From an uncultured delta proteobacterium (GTDB lineage: Bacteria; Myxococcota_A; Polyangia; Fen-1088), in assembly GCA_963755125.1 (NCBI GenBank), contig CAVWIP010000011.1, forward strand, positions 32,001-96,000: a DNA stretch of 64,000 nt. Reading direction: 5' to 3'. Positions 1 to 11,784 of this stretch are shown one piece after another. How positions within the stretch are numbered: position 1 is the stretch's first letter; every line of letters begins with the position of its first letter. The translations under genes and the position numbers were made by a program. The notes below the pieces were generated by a model that did no database searches, was not told the origin of the DNA, and worked only from the letters and a program-made list of their open reading frames with translations.

Positions 1-1273
1 GCTCCGCGCTCGCGAGACACTGGCCGCTGCCATCATCGCCACCGACGATGAGCACCAACCCATTGGGCAAGAATGTCGCCGTCTGCAGCCACCTTGCCAC
101 GGTCATGCTGCTGGTGGCTGTGAATCTCCCAGCTGCTGGATCGTAGATCTCCGCGCTCGCGAGAATCCCACCGTCACCAAAGCCGCCAGCGATGACCACC
201 GTTCCGTTGTCCAACAACGTCGCCGTGTGGACGTCCCGTGCCGTGGTCATGGTTCCAGTGAGAGTGAATGTCCTGGCCGCCGGGTTGTATACCTCCGCGC
301 TCGCGAGAGATGCGCTGGCATCGCCTCCGCCAGCGATGAGCACCGTCGCGTTGCTCAACAATGTCGCCGTGTGATATGCCCTTGCCGTGGTCATGGTTCC
401 GGTGGGCGTGAATGTCTCGGTCGCCGGGTCGTATAGCTCCGCGCTCGAATAACCCCCGCCAGCGATGAGCACCGTCGCGTTGCTCAACAATGTCGCCGTG
501 TGATATGCCCTTGCCGCGGTCATGGTTCCGGTGGGCGTGAATGTCCCGGTCGTCGGATCGTATAGCTCCGCGCTGGCTACATCCCCGTCGCCCCATCCGC
601 CGGCGATGAGCACCTGCCCATTCGGCAACAACGTCGCCGTGTGCCCGAGCCTTGCCGTGGTCATGGTTCCGGTGGGCGTGAATGTCCCGGTCGTCGGGTC
701 GTACAGCTCCGCGCTAGTGAGAGCCCCGTAGCTGCCATTGACCCCGCCCCCCGCAACGAGCACCTTCCCGCTGCTCAGCAACGTCGCCGTGTGGAGATCC
801 CTTGCCGTGGTCATGCTTCCAGTGGGAGTGAATAGCCCGGCTGCCGGGTCGTATAGTTCTGCGCTCGCGAGAACCGTGATGCCGTCCGATGTTCCACCGG
901 CGATGAGCACCTCTCCGCTCGGCAACGACGTCGCCGTGTGCCTATCCCTTGCCACGGTCATGCTGCCAGTCGACACGAAAATTCCCTGCAGCCCCACCAC
1001 ATCCGACCATGCGTCGGCTGCAAAGTTCGCGTCCGCGGCAACGGCCGGGGCGTCGGCACTTCGGTCTGCTGCCGCATCCACGACAGGCCCGCTCATCCCG
1101 CCTCCCGCACCTCCTGTTCCACCAGAACCGCCCACCAGCCCCCCGCCACTGCCGCTCGAACCGGCGCTGTCCTCTATGAGGAGAACGTGGACGATCCCGC
1201 CGCCGCAGCCGCCGAGGGACGCCACCAGAAGACACGAAACCAGGATGCGCAGTCTCGCTACCATGCAGACCAT
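1..1273 (-). CDS. Kelch/galactose-oxidase-type beta-propeller lipoprotein (3' end runs off the window)
   Basis: My minus-strand translation from ATG at 1273 gives MVCMVARLRILVSCLLVASLGGC (lipobox), a Gly-rich linker, then at least 7 repeats of GSMTxARxxHTATLLxxGxVLIAGG...SAELYDP. It is absent from the ORF track because there is no stop in the window. Confidence 0.85.
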   Translation of the reverse strand, partial: MVCMVARLRILVSCLLVASLGGCGGGIVHVLLIEDSAGSSGSGGGLVGGSGGTGGAGGGMSGPVVDAAADRSADAPAVAADANFAADAWSDVVGLQGIFVSTGSMTVARDRHTATSLPSGEVLIAGGTSDGITVLASAELYDPAAGLFTPTGSMTTARDLHTATLLSSGKVLVAGGGVNGSYGALTSAELYDPTTGTFTPTGTMTTARLGHTATLLPNGQVLIAGGWGDGDVASAELYDPTTGTFTPTGTMTAARAYHTATLLSNATVLIAGGGYSSAELYDPATETFTPTGTMTTARAYHTATLLSNATVLIAGGGDASASLASAEVYNPAARTFTLTGTMTTARDVHTATLLDNGTVVIAGGFGDGGILASAEIYDPAAGRFTATSSMTVARWLQTATFLPNGLVLIVGGDDGSGQCLASAE

Positions 1274-1431
1274 GGTCGCTCCATTCGGGACTCGGCGCAA
1301 ACAGTTCCGGGGCGGCGTGTCGCCCTCGCCGCCTGACCTCGACGAGACTGAACGATTACGCTATTTTTTGCTTTTGGACTTTTTCATTCCTTTCAACTCG
1401 CCGGTTTGACCGGCGCGCCGAGGAGTCCACG

Positions 1432-1770
1432 ATGAGAAGAACTTTCTGGAACGCGGCAGCTATCGGGCTACTCGCTGCTTGCACAACCGGTTGCGGCAAC
1501 GGCAAGAACTTCGTCGCGGACCTCTGCAACAAACTGCAAAGTTGCGGCGAGCTTTCCCTGAGGAAAGTCTCGACCGTCTCACAATGCACAACCAACTGTC
1601 TTCGGCAACTGAGCCAGCTGAGCAGCCAACTGGGTGGCAGTGATCCCGCCGCCGCGGACCAGGCCTTAGCCGCCGCGGACCAAGCCATAGAGCAATGCCT
1701 GGAAATTCCAGACTGCCCGAGCTTCTCGAACTGCGTGAGCACTCTGGTCAACGGGAACCTTCCGCCGTGA
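1432..1770 (+). CDS. Small Cys-rich lipoprotein, unknown function
   Basis: GAGGAG SD upstream; signal/lipobox LLAAC or TTGC; multiple Cys residues. Confidence 0.7.
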   Translation: MRRTFWNAAAIGLLAACTTGCGNGKNFVADLCNKLQSCGELSLRKVSTVSQCTTNCLRQLSQLSSQLGGSDPAAADQALAAADQAIEQCLEIPDCPSFSNCVSTLVNGNLPP

Positions 1771-1887
1771 ACTCCGCCGAAGGCGCCCACACGCAGGTGA
1801 AGTGAACCGACGGCGAACCCGCTGATCCCGCCGAGGGTTTCCCTCCGACCCGGGCTGGCCGATTCCGAGAGAACTTGAGAATGCTGG

Positions 1888-2283
1888 CTAGCGCCGCGGA
1901 TCGCCGACCCGGTAGTTGTCGGCGCGCAGAAGCAGGTTGGTCAGCCGCGTGCGGTTGTCCTCGTCGACGGGGGCCACGGTTGCACCAAACCCCGGGGGCC
2001 GCTTGCCCGGGCTGCCTTCGTCGATGCGGATGATGGTGGCCCGACAAACGACATTGAAATCGGGATCGTCGCCGATGCCATCTTCCGATCCGAAGATGAC
2101 GATCCCGAAATCGGTTCCAGGCCTCAGGTCTGGATATTCCGCCGGGGTCCCCACCAGGTAAACGCCACCCGCCGAGAGGTTGCGCACATCCATAATATGG
2201 ACCTCGCGACTCTTGACCTCAGCTTGGGCGTACACCTCGATGCGGGGGCTTCGGCGTTTGGATTCCTGTGGCTCTCCTGGCAC
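1888..2283 (-). CDS. PilZ domain protein
   Basis: RRSPR (RxxxR) and NLSAGG (D/NxSxxG) motifs. Confidence 0.8.
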   Translation of the reverse strand: MPGEPQESKRRSPRIEVYAQAEVKSREVHIMDVRNLSAGGVYLVGTPAEYPDLRPGTDFGIVIFGSEDGIGDDPDFNVVCRATIIRIDEGSPGKRPPGFGATVAPVDEDNRTRLTNLLLRADNYRVGDPRR

Positions 2284-2360
2284 CCGACCATTGTATCCCG
2301 TTAATCAGGTAAATGGGGGGCTGCCGGTTGGTTTTTATGTCAACCACCGGCAACCCGCCT

Positions 2361-2420
2361 TGGGGCGACCGCAGGTCGCCAGTACGGCCTTTGAGTGGGG
2401 GCGACCGGCGGTCGCCCCTT
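2361..2420. repeat. Pair of REP-like GC hairpins downstream of groEL (possible terminator or stability element)
   Basis: ggcgacc-gca-ggtcgcc and ggggcgacc-ggc-ggtcgcccc inverted repeats. Confidence 0.55.
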
Positions 2421-2429
2421 CCGACATGA

Positions 2430-4076
<1,647 letters not shown>

Positions 4077-4094
4077 GATGATTTCCTTTCCTGC

Positions 4095-4382
4095 CTACTC
4101 GATGACGCCGAGGATGTCGTCCTCGCGCAAAATCAGGTGCTCGACGCCGTCCATCTTGATGTCGCTGCCCGAATACTTGGCGAACAGGATCTTGTCGCCC
4201 GCCTTGACTTCCAGCTTGCGCAGCGACCCGTCGTCCTGCAGCTTGCCGTGCCCCACCGCAACGATGACACCTTGCTGTGGTTTTTCCTTGGCCGTGTCGG
4301 GGATGAAAAGACCGCCGGCGGTCTTGGTTTCTTCCTCGACGCGCTTGACTAGAATGCGATCGTAAAGTGGTCGAACCTTCAT
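4095..4382 (-). CDS. groS: Co-chaperonin GroES
   Basis: [14 protein letters not shown]...[15 protein letters not shown]; start placed at the ATG (4382) after a GGAGGAG SD. Confidence 0.98.
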   Translation of the reverse strand: MKVRPLYDRILVKRVEEETKTAGGLFIPDTAKEKPQQGVIVAVGHGKLQDDGSLRKLEVKAGDKILFAKYSGSDIKMDGVEHLILREDDILGVIE

Positions 4383-4475
4383 TGTCTCCTCCTTGTTCCT
4401 GAAAACCACCCGCCTTCGTTCAGTAGGCCGGGTGGAACTCGCCGAATTGAAACGCGGTACACATGCGCGGGGAAA

Positions 4476-4820
4476 TCAAGCCGCCGCGATCTTGGGCTTG
4501 CCGCCAGCCTTTGCTCTCGCCTCCCCTGTCGATGCCGGTGACGCCGTGGCGGCAGTCCCCGCCTGGGCTGATGACGGGGCCGCGTTCGCTGCCTTGCCCT
4601 CCCCTTCCCCGCTAGCCTTGGCGCTGCCGGCCGGCCGCTGGCTGGCATACAGATCGCCGTACCAGCCGCCACCTTTTAGCTGGAACGAGGTGTGACTGAT
4701 CAGACGTTCCACCTTGCGCGCCTTGCACTTCGGGCAAACCTTGACCGGCTTGTCGTTGATCTTTTGCCATTCCTCGAACCGATGGCTGCAGGCGCTGCAT
4801 TCGTATTCGTAGACTGGCAT
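4476..4820 (-). CDS. FmdB-family zinc-ribbon protein
   Basis: MPVYEYECSAC...CPKC...FQLKGGGWY..DLY signature. Confidence 0.9.
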   Translation of the reverse strand: MPVYEYECSACSHRFEEWQKINDKPVKVCPKCKARKVERLISHTSFQLKGGGWYGDLYASQRPAGSAKASGEGEGKAANAAPSSAQAGTAATASPASTGEARAKAGGKPKIAAA

Positions 4821-4970
4821 TTGGTGCTCCCTGAAGAAACCAGCCACCGGACGAACCTGTGGCGCTCGTAAGGTTAAGCACCCAATAGCCGCTGTCAAGC
4901 GACCACGGAGAGCGCCGAACTGTTGGGGAAGACCGAAATGATTCCAACTTGTTACATACAATCTCAGCGC

Positions 4971-4997
4971 CTGGCGCTCGTAGCACGCGAGTGCCAA
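4971..4997 (-). promoter_or_regulatory. CIRCE element (HrcA operator)
   Basis: Minus strand reads TTGGCACTC-N9-GAGCGCCAG, close to the consensus TTAGCACTC-N9-GAGTGCTAA, upstream of the FmdB-groES-groEL unit. Confidence 0.8.
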
Positions 4998-5039
4998 CCT
5001 CCGCGCAATGCGCGGGCCTTGGCCCAATCACGCTGACGG

Positions 5040-6113
<1,074 letters not shown>

Positions 6114-6158
6114 GGTGGGGGCACGGCCAGGGCGAAGCCCGAGCCGCGCAAAATCGCC

Positions 6159-6389
6159 CTAGGTGGCGGCCGGAGTCGGCGGCGTCGTCTTCTTGGCGTA
6201 CTTCTTGTTGAAGCGCTCGATGCGGCCGCCGGTGTCGAGGAACTTCTGCTTGCCCGTGTAGAACGGGTGGCAATTCGAACAAATGTCCACCATGAACGAC
6301 CCGCGGGTGGAATACGTCTCAACTGTGTGACCGCAGGCACACGTGATGGTGGCGGGCTTGTAGGCCGGGTGAATCCCCTTCTTCGGCAT
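6159..6389 (-). CDS. rpmE: 50S ribosomal protein L31 (Zn-binding type)
   Basis: KKGIHPAY...CACG...[22 protein letters not shown]. Confidence 0.97.
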   Translation of the reverse strand: MPKKGIHPAYKPATITCACGHTVETYSTRGSFMVDICSNCHPFYTGKQKFLDTGGRIERFNKKYAKKTTPPTPAAT

Positions 6390-6565
6390 GACGAGCAACC
6401 TTCCGTAAGAGCCGGCGTTTATAATCGCCCGCGGCAGCAAGAGCAAGCAGCAATGCGCAAGCCCGAGTCGGCGGGGCTCTCTGCCCGCCTTCTCGCGTTA
6501 CTTTGGGCTGTGCTTCGGGGCCTCACTGGCGTGGACGCGGTCTCGCCATGTATAGTCCGCCGCGC

Positions 6566-8785
6566 ATGGCCGAAAAAAGTCCACCCGACCAGGGGATTCG
6601 CCACTCGGCTGTCTACAGCTACCTGCGTCCTATCTTGATGGGCCGCCGTGTGTTGGAACTCGGCTGCGGCACAGGTGAGGGCACAGCTCACCTGGCGCGG
6701 CTTGGCGCGCGCAACGTCGTCGGGGCTGACGACTCGGGCGCAGTGGGCGAGGCACGCGCGCGCCAGAAGGAAAACACGGTCAGTTTTCTCATCATGACGG
6801 CCGCGGCGCTGGAGCAGGCCGGTCCATTCGATGTGGTGCTAATCCCCGAAGCCGCGGACATCCTGCTCGACCGCGGGCCCCTGGCGCTGCCAGCCGTGCT
6901 GAAGCTGGTGGCACCGGGTGGGCGCCTGGTTTGCGTGGTGCCCAACGGCGATCGAACCGACACCCCTGGGACGGGTGTTTCGTACTACGAAATCGTCGAC
7001 CGGCTGACTCCCCACTTTCCCAAGGTGCGCATGTTCGGTCAGACGCCGTTCGCGGCCTGGGGCATTGCGGAGTTCGACGAAGCCCCGGCCGAACTGCGCA
7101 TCGAGCCTGACCTGGCCCAGGCCGAGAACGAGGAGCCAAGCCACTACCTCGCTTTGTGCGGCCACGACGAGCCCTTGAGCCTCGGCTATGCCCTGGTTCA
7201 GATCCCGGCATGCGCGAGTGAAACTCGGGCGGGCGAGGCGCCCGCGTCTGAAATTCCGACCAAAGTCGAGGCGCCCGACGCGGCGCTGGCCGACTTGCGC
7301 CACAAGCTGGCCGAAGCCCAGGGCCAGGCAGAGGGCCTGGTGCGCGTGTCGCGCGCGCAGACTGAAGAGATCGAGGAGCTGCGCGGTCGCGTGCGGCGCA
7401 CGGCTGAGGCCCGCGCCGAGCTGGATGAGGAAGTGCAACGCTTGCGGCGGGCGTTGCTGGAAGCGGACGAGTCGGTGGTCAATCTGACCCGCAAGACCGC
7501 GGACGAGATGACGGTTCTGGCCCAGCGCCTGACCGCAGGGCTGCGGCCCAGCGAGCCGTTGCCTGCTGCCGGCCTGGCCGATGAACTCAAACGCCGCGAG
7601 GCTGAACTGGCCGAGCGCGAATCGGCGCTGTCGGAACGCGACGATCGCATCGCGGCGCTCGAAGCGGCCCGGCAGGAAGCGATCTGGCGCGCGGACGCCG
7701 CCGAGGACGATCTCGGCCGCCTGCGCACTCAGTTCGCTGAGCTTCGCCAAGCGCCGCCGCTGGCAAGCCCTGTCTCTGATGAGCTGCTGGCGACGCTGAA
7801 ATCGCGCGAGCAGGCGCTCGACGAGTTCCAGCGGGCCGCGGCCGCGCACCTCGACGAGGTGGGCCGGCTGCGCGACGCCCTCGCCGAGCAATCCAGCCTG
7901 GTGGCTGAACTGGAAGACGATCTAGCCGCGGCGGAGAAGCGGCTGGCTGACGCGCTGGACGAGGCGGCGCGGCTGCACCAGGCGCTCGCCGAGGTGGAGG
8001 AAGCCGATCGTCAGCGCCGCTCGCGGCTGGCGGAGCTCGAGGGCGTGATGCTGCGGATCGAGCACAGCGACGACGAACAGCCCAAGCGCCGCATCGCCGA
8101 TCTGGAAGCCGAGACAACCGACCTGCGCAACCGGATGGGCGAGGCGGAGCGCCGCCTGGCAGATTCGCTGCGCCTGCGCGACGACACCGAGCGAGCGCGC
8201 AAGCAGGCTGCCACGCGCGTCGAGGAGTTGGAGGGTGCATTGCAGGCGAGCGTCGCGCACGTGTCCGAACTGGATGATGAGTTGCAGGCGAGCGTCGCGC
8301 GCGTGTCCGGGTTGGAAGCCGCATTGCAGGCGAGCACCGCGCACGTGTCCGAGCTGAATAGCAAACTGCAAGCCGCGGAGGCGGTTTCGGCGTGTGCGGC
8401 CGAGTTCGAGGCCAAGCTCGCGATCGCCGAGACGGCGGCCGTGCAGATGAACGATCTCTTGCCTCGCCTGAAGGCGGCTGAGGCGGCGGCCGCGCGAACC
8501 CGGGACCTGGAAGCGCTACTGCGAGTCGCGGATTCCAAGATGGCCCGTCTGGCCGAGTTGGAAGCGCAGAGCAAGATCGCCGAGGAAGCCGCGGCCAGGC
8601 TGGCGGAATTGCGCGCCGAGGCTCCAGATCCCGAGGAGGTCTACGAGCGCCTGGTCTTCCTCGAAACCCAGCATGATGCGGCAACCCTCGCGGCGGCGCG
8701 CGTTCCCAGTCTGGAAGCAGAGTTGGCAGCGGCCAACGCCCGCATCGCGGAACTGCAGGCCAGCCTCGACGGCAATCCCCATTAA
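6566..8785 (+). CDS. Class I SAM-methyltransferase-fold domain fused to a long coiled coil
   Basis: VLELGCGTGEG motif I, followed by about 500 aa of E/A/L/R heptad-rich sequence. Start uncertain (6548 or 6566). Confidence 0.8.
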   Translation: MAEKSPPDQGIRHSAVYSYLRPILMGRRVLELGCGTGEGTAHLARLGARNVVGADDSGAVGEARARQKENTVSFLIMTAAALEQAGPFDVVLIPEAADILLDRGPLALPAVLKLVAPGGRLVCVVPNGDRTDTPGTGVSYYEIVDRLTPHFPKVRMFGQTPFAAWGIAEFDEAPAELRIEPDLAQAENEEPSHYLALCGHDEPLSLGYALVQIPACASETRAGEAPASEIPTKVEAPDAALADLRHKLAEAQGQAEGLVRVSRAQTEEIEELRGRVRRTAEARAELDEEVQRLRRALLEADESVVNLTRKTADEMTVLAQRLTAGLRPSEPLPAAGLADELKRREAELAERESALSERDDRIAALEAARQEAIWRADAAEDDLGRLRTQFAELRQAPPLASPVSDELLATLKSREQALDEFQRAAAAHLDEVGRLRDALAEQSSLVAELEDDLAAAEKRLADALDEAARLHQALAEVEEADRQRRSRLAELEGVMLRIEHSDDEQPKRRIADLEAETTDLRNRMGEAERRLADSLRLRDDTERARKQAATRVEELEGALQASVAHVSELDDELQASVARVSGLEAALQASTAHVSELNSKLQAAEAVSACAAEFEAKLAIAETAAVQMNDLLPRLKAAEAAAARTRDLEALLRVADSKMARLAELEAQSKIAEEAAARLAELRAEAPDPEEVYERLVFLETQHDAATLAAARVPSLEAELAAANARIAELQASLDGNPH

Positions 8786-8877
8786 CCCCGTGGGGTAAGC
8801 GTTGCCCACACACATCGACTGTGTGGCGCGAGAAAGCGCATGCTCGTCGGGCGCGGTCTGCTATCTTGAAATTGCGA

Positions 8878-9627
8878 ATGAGCGGGCCGACGGATTTGCT
8901 GCTGTTTGCGCATCTTTTGCGCCAGCCTGATCACGAGCTGGATCTCGAGAGCACGGCACTGCTGCTCTGCGAACCAGAGTACCCGGGTCTGGATATTCCG
9001 AGTTTCATCGCCAAGCTCGATGTGATGGGTGAGCTGGCGCGCATCCGCCTGGAAGTCGATCGTCGCTGCGGGCCTGCCCCGGCTGACCGCGTGCTGCCCA
9101 TCCTGCGGCTTCTCTACGGCGAGCTGGGCTTTCAGGGCAATGTGGCCGACTACTACGATCCCCGCAACAGCTTCCTCAACGAGGTCATCGATCGCCGCAG
9201 CGGCAATCCCCTGTCTCTGGCCATCGTGCTGATGGCGGTGTGCCGGCGCGCGGGCGTGGCCACCTTCGGCATCTCGTTTCCTGGCCATTTTCTCGTGGGC
9301 GCCCGGCGACGCGACGATTCCCTGGCGGTGGTGGACCCGTTTGACGGGCGCATGGTGAGGCGGGCCGAATTGCGCTCGCTCTACGAATCCGCTACCGGGG
9401 ATCCGAGCGACGTCGATGAGCGTTGTCTGGTTCCGGCAGCGCAGCGACAGATCCTGGTCCGCATGCTCAACAACCTGCGCGCCATCTACGAGGTGCGCGG
9501 CGATCAGCGGCGCCTGCGCTTCGTGCTCGAACGGATGTCGGTGCTCAACCCGTCGGAGGAGGTCAGAAGTCGCCTCAATGCCCTGGTCGCGGACGTGACC
9601 ATCGCGCCCCGGGTAAGCGTGAACTGA
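8878..9627 (+). CDS. SirB1/transglutaminase-like (Transglut_core2) protein
   Basis: GFQGNVADYYDPRNSFLNEVIDRRSGNPLSL...FPGHFL...RMLNNL motifs. Confidence 0.9.
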   Translation: MSGPTDLLLFAHLLRQPDHELDLESTALLLCEPEYPGLDIPSFIAKLDVMGELARIRLEVDRRCGPAPADRVLPILRLLYGELGFQGNVADYYDPRNSFLNEVIDRRSGNPLSLAIVLMAVCRRAGVATFGISFPGHFLVGARRRDDSLAVVDPFDGRMVRRAELRSLYESATGDPSDVDERCLVPAAQRQILVRMLNNLRAIYEVRGDQRRLRFVLERMSVLNPSEEVRSRLNALVADVTIAPRVSVN

Positions 9628-9691
9628 ACCGGTGCCAGTTGACTCCGGCACGGTGACGACCGACCGTTATGGGTAAGACGGTCGCTCTTTC

Positions 9692-11131
9692 ATGCGTTTC
9701 CCCTCGCTCCTGGCACTGTTCGCACTTCTGCCCTCGGTGGCGCAGGCACAGCCTCCGCTCGAAGGCATCGAGCCGTTGGGCGCCAACTCATCCGACGGGT
9801 TCACCCTGCGCTACACCATCGAACGCATCGAGGTCCGCGGCAGCCACAAGACCCGCACCGACCTGATCCTGCGCGAGGTCGCTCTTTCGCCCGGCGACAC
9901 GGTGACCGCCGACGATACGCGGGTCGAGCGCGCGCGCCTGCGCCTGCTGGCCCTGGGCTATTTTCTCGACGCCCGCTTGTTCATGATCAAGGGCGAGCGC
10001 CGAGGGGGCGCGGTGCTGGTCATCGAGGTGGAGGAACGCGGCACCATCATTCTCAACGCCGTCCACCTCGGCACCAGCGAAGCCACGACCTTGTGGGGCG
10101 GGTTGGACGTGAGCGAGCGCAATCTGCTCGGCCGCGGGCTGACCCTGGGCGCTGGCTTCGTCAGCTCGACCCGTCCCAAGGTCGACGGCGCGGAGCCAGC
10201 CCTGGCCTTTTCCCTGCGCATGGCCGGCCCGCCGCGCCTGCACGGCTTGCTGTTTTCGGGAAGTGCGCTCTTCTCCCAGGGCAGCGAATTCTTCCGCGCC
10301 CGCGGGGCGTCGGACCAGCCCGCCCCCGCCGACTTCGTCGCGTTGAACGTCAGGCGCGCCGGCGGCGTCGTGGGTGCTGGCACAGTCCTCTCGCGCACGG
10401 CCTATCTTCTGGCTGAAGGGCGTTTCGAGGCTGTGCGCGCCGATCTGCCCACTCTGCGCGAGCGCGACCTGGGGCAGGGCCAGAGTGAACCGATCGCGTT
10501 TCTGGCGCGCGAGGGATCGAGCCGGCTGGGCTCCCTCGCCTTGACGCTGGATCTGGATTCTCGCTCCGATCCAGTGTTGCCCCGCGCGGGCCAGCACCTG
10601 GTCGTGTCGCTGGAAGCGGCGACGCCCGCCTGTGGCTCACAGTACACCTTCGTCAAAGCAACCGCGCAGGGCTCGCTCTATTTCCCCTTGTCTGTGGGCC
10701 ATGTCTTTGCGGTGCACGGCCTGCTGGGCGGCGTGGTGGGAGACGCGCCGTATTTCGACCGTTTCTTCGTCGGCGATCTCAACCTGCTGCTGCCTCCGCG
10801 CGCTTATGGCATCAACTTCTCGACCCAGCCTTCGCCAAACCTTCTCGGCACCGGCGTGGCCGACCATCGTTATGACAAGCTGGCCGGCCGCCTGCTGCTG
10901 GAGTACGCGGTGCCCCTGTGGCATCGCCACGGCCTCTTCTACCGGGGCGACGCCTTTGCCGCCCTGGGCATCTTTGCCCTGACCAATCCCGATGATCTGC
11001 GCCAGCCGGGCGCCAGCCTGGGACAGCGCCTCCCGGCCGATCTCACCGCCGATCTGGGTCTGCGCCTGGACACGTACATCGGCATCTTCACCCTCTCGGT
11101 GGCCAACGCCCTTGGCCGGCTCCCCCTGTGA
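9692..11131 (+). CDS. Omp85 (BamA/TamA-like) outer-membrane protein with one POTRA domain
   Basis: Signal peptide, IERIEVRGSHKTRTDLILRE POTRA segment, ERNLLGRG, beta-barrel C-terminus. Confidence 0.8.
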   Translation: MRFPSLLALFALLPSVAQAQPPLEGIEPLGANSSDGFTLRYTIERIEVRGSHKTRTDLILREVALSPGDTVTADDTRVERARLRLLALGYFLDARLFMIKGERRGGAVLVIEVEERGTIILNAVHLGTSEATTLWGGLDVSERNLLGRGLTLGAGFVSSTRPKVDGAEPALAFSLRMAGPPRLHGLLFSGSALFSQGSEFFRARGASDQPAPADFVALNVRRAGGVVGAGTVLSRTAYLLAEGRFEAVRADLPTLRERDLGQGQSEPIAFLAREGSSRLGSLALTLDLDSRSDPVLPRAGQHLVVSLEAATPACGSQYTFVKATAQGSLYFPLSVGHVFAVHGLLGGVVGDAPYFDRFFVGDLNLLLPPRAYGINFSTQPSPNLLGTGVADHRYDKLAGRLLLEYAVPLWHRHGLFYRGDAFAALGIFALTNPDDLRQPGASLGQRLPADLTADLGLRLDTYIGIFTLSVANALGRLPL

Positions 11132-11784
11132 TGCGCTCGTCGGCAAGTCTAGTAGCGATCGCCACGCTGGCTCTGGCAGCCACGCAAGCCATGCCGGTTC
11201 GGGCGCAGGAGCCGGAAGAACGCAAGACCGGTATCACCCGGCGTGATGGGCGCCTGCTGGTCAGCCTGGGCCTGCAGGATCTGTTCAAAGCGCAGGACGT
11301 GCAGCACCTGCTGTCAGGCTTTACCAGCCGGGTGCTGGTGCGTGTGGCAGTCTTCCGCCCGGACAGCCCGGAGCCAGTGGCCCAGACCATGCGCCACACC
11401 GAGATCGTTTACGACCTTTGGGACGAGAAGTTCCGCGTGCGCCGCTTCGACGCCGGCGGCAAGGTCGAGACCCGTGAAGTGGCGACCGCAAGCGAGGCCG
11501 TCGATCTGGCCACCGCGCTGATGGCTCTTCCCGTGGCCACTCTCGACCGCATCGAGCCCGGGGCGACCTACCGGCTGAGTCTGCGCGCTGATCTCAACCC
11601 CATCTCGCAAGAGCTGCTCGCCGACGTGCGGCGCTGGCTGGCGCGACCCTCGCCGCGCAGTCGCATGGGATCGGGGGACAGCTTCTTTGGATCGTTCGTG
11701 AGCATCTTCGTCAACCCCCGCATCGACGAGAGCGAGCGCCAGCTTCGCCTGGTTTCGCAATCGTGGGTGGAGCCGCCCCGATGA
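11128..11784 (+). CDS. DUF4390-like exported protein
   Basis: Signal peptide, YDLWDEKF motif, position directly before an NtrY-like kinase. Confidence 0.65.
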   Translation: MMRSSASLVAIATLALAATQAMPVRAQEPEERKTGITRRDGRLLVSLGLQDLFKAQDVQHLLSGFTSRVLVRVAVFRPDSPEPVAQTMRHTEIVYDLWDEKFRVRRFDAGGKVETREVATASEAVDLATALMALPVATLDRIEPGATYRLSLRADLNPISQELLADVRRWLARPSPRSRMGSGDSFFGSFVSIFVNPRIDESERQLRLVSQSWVEPPR

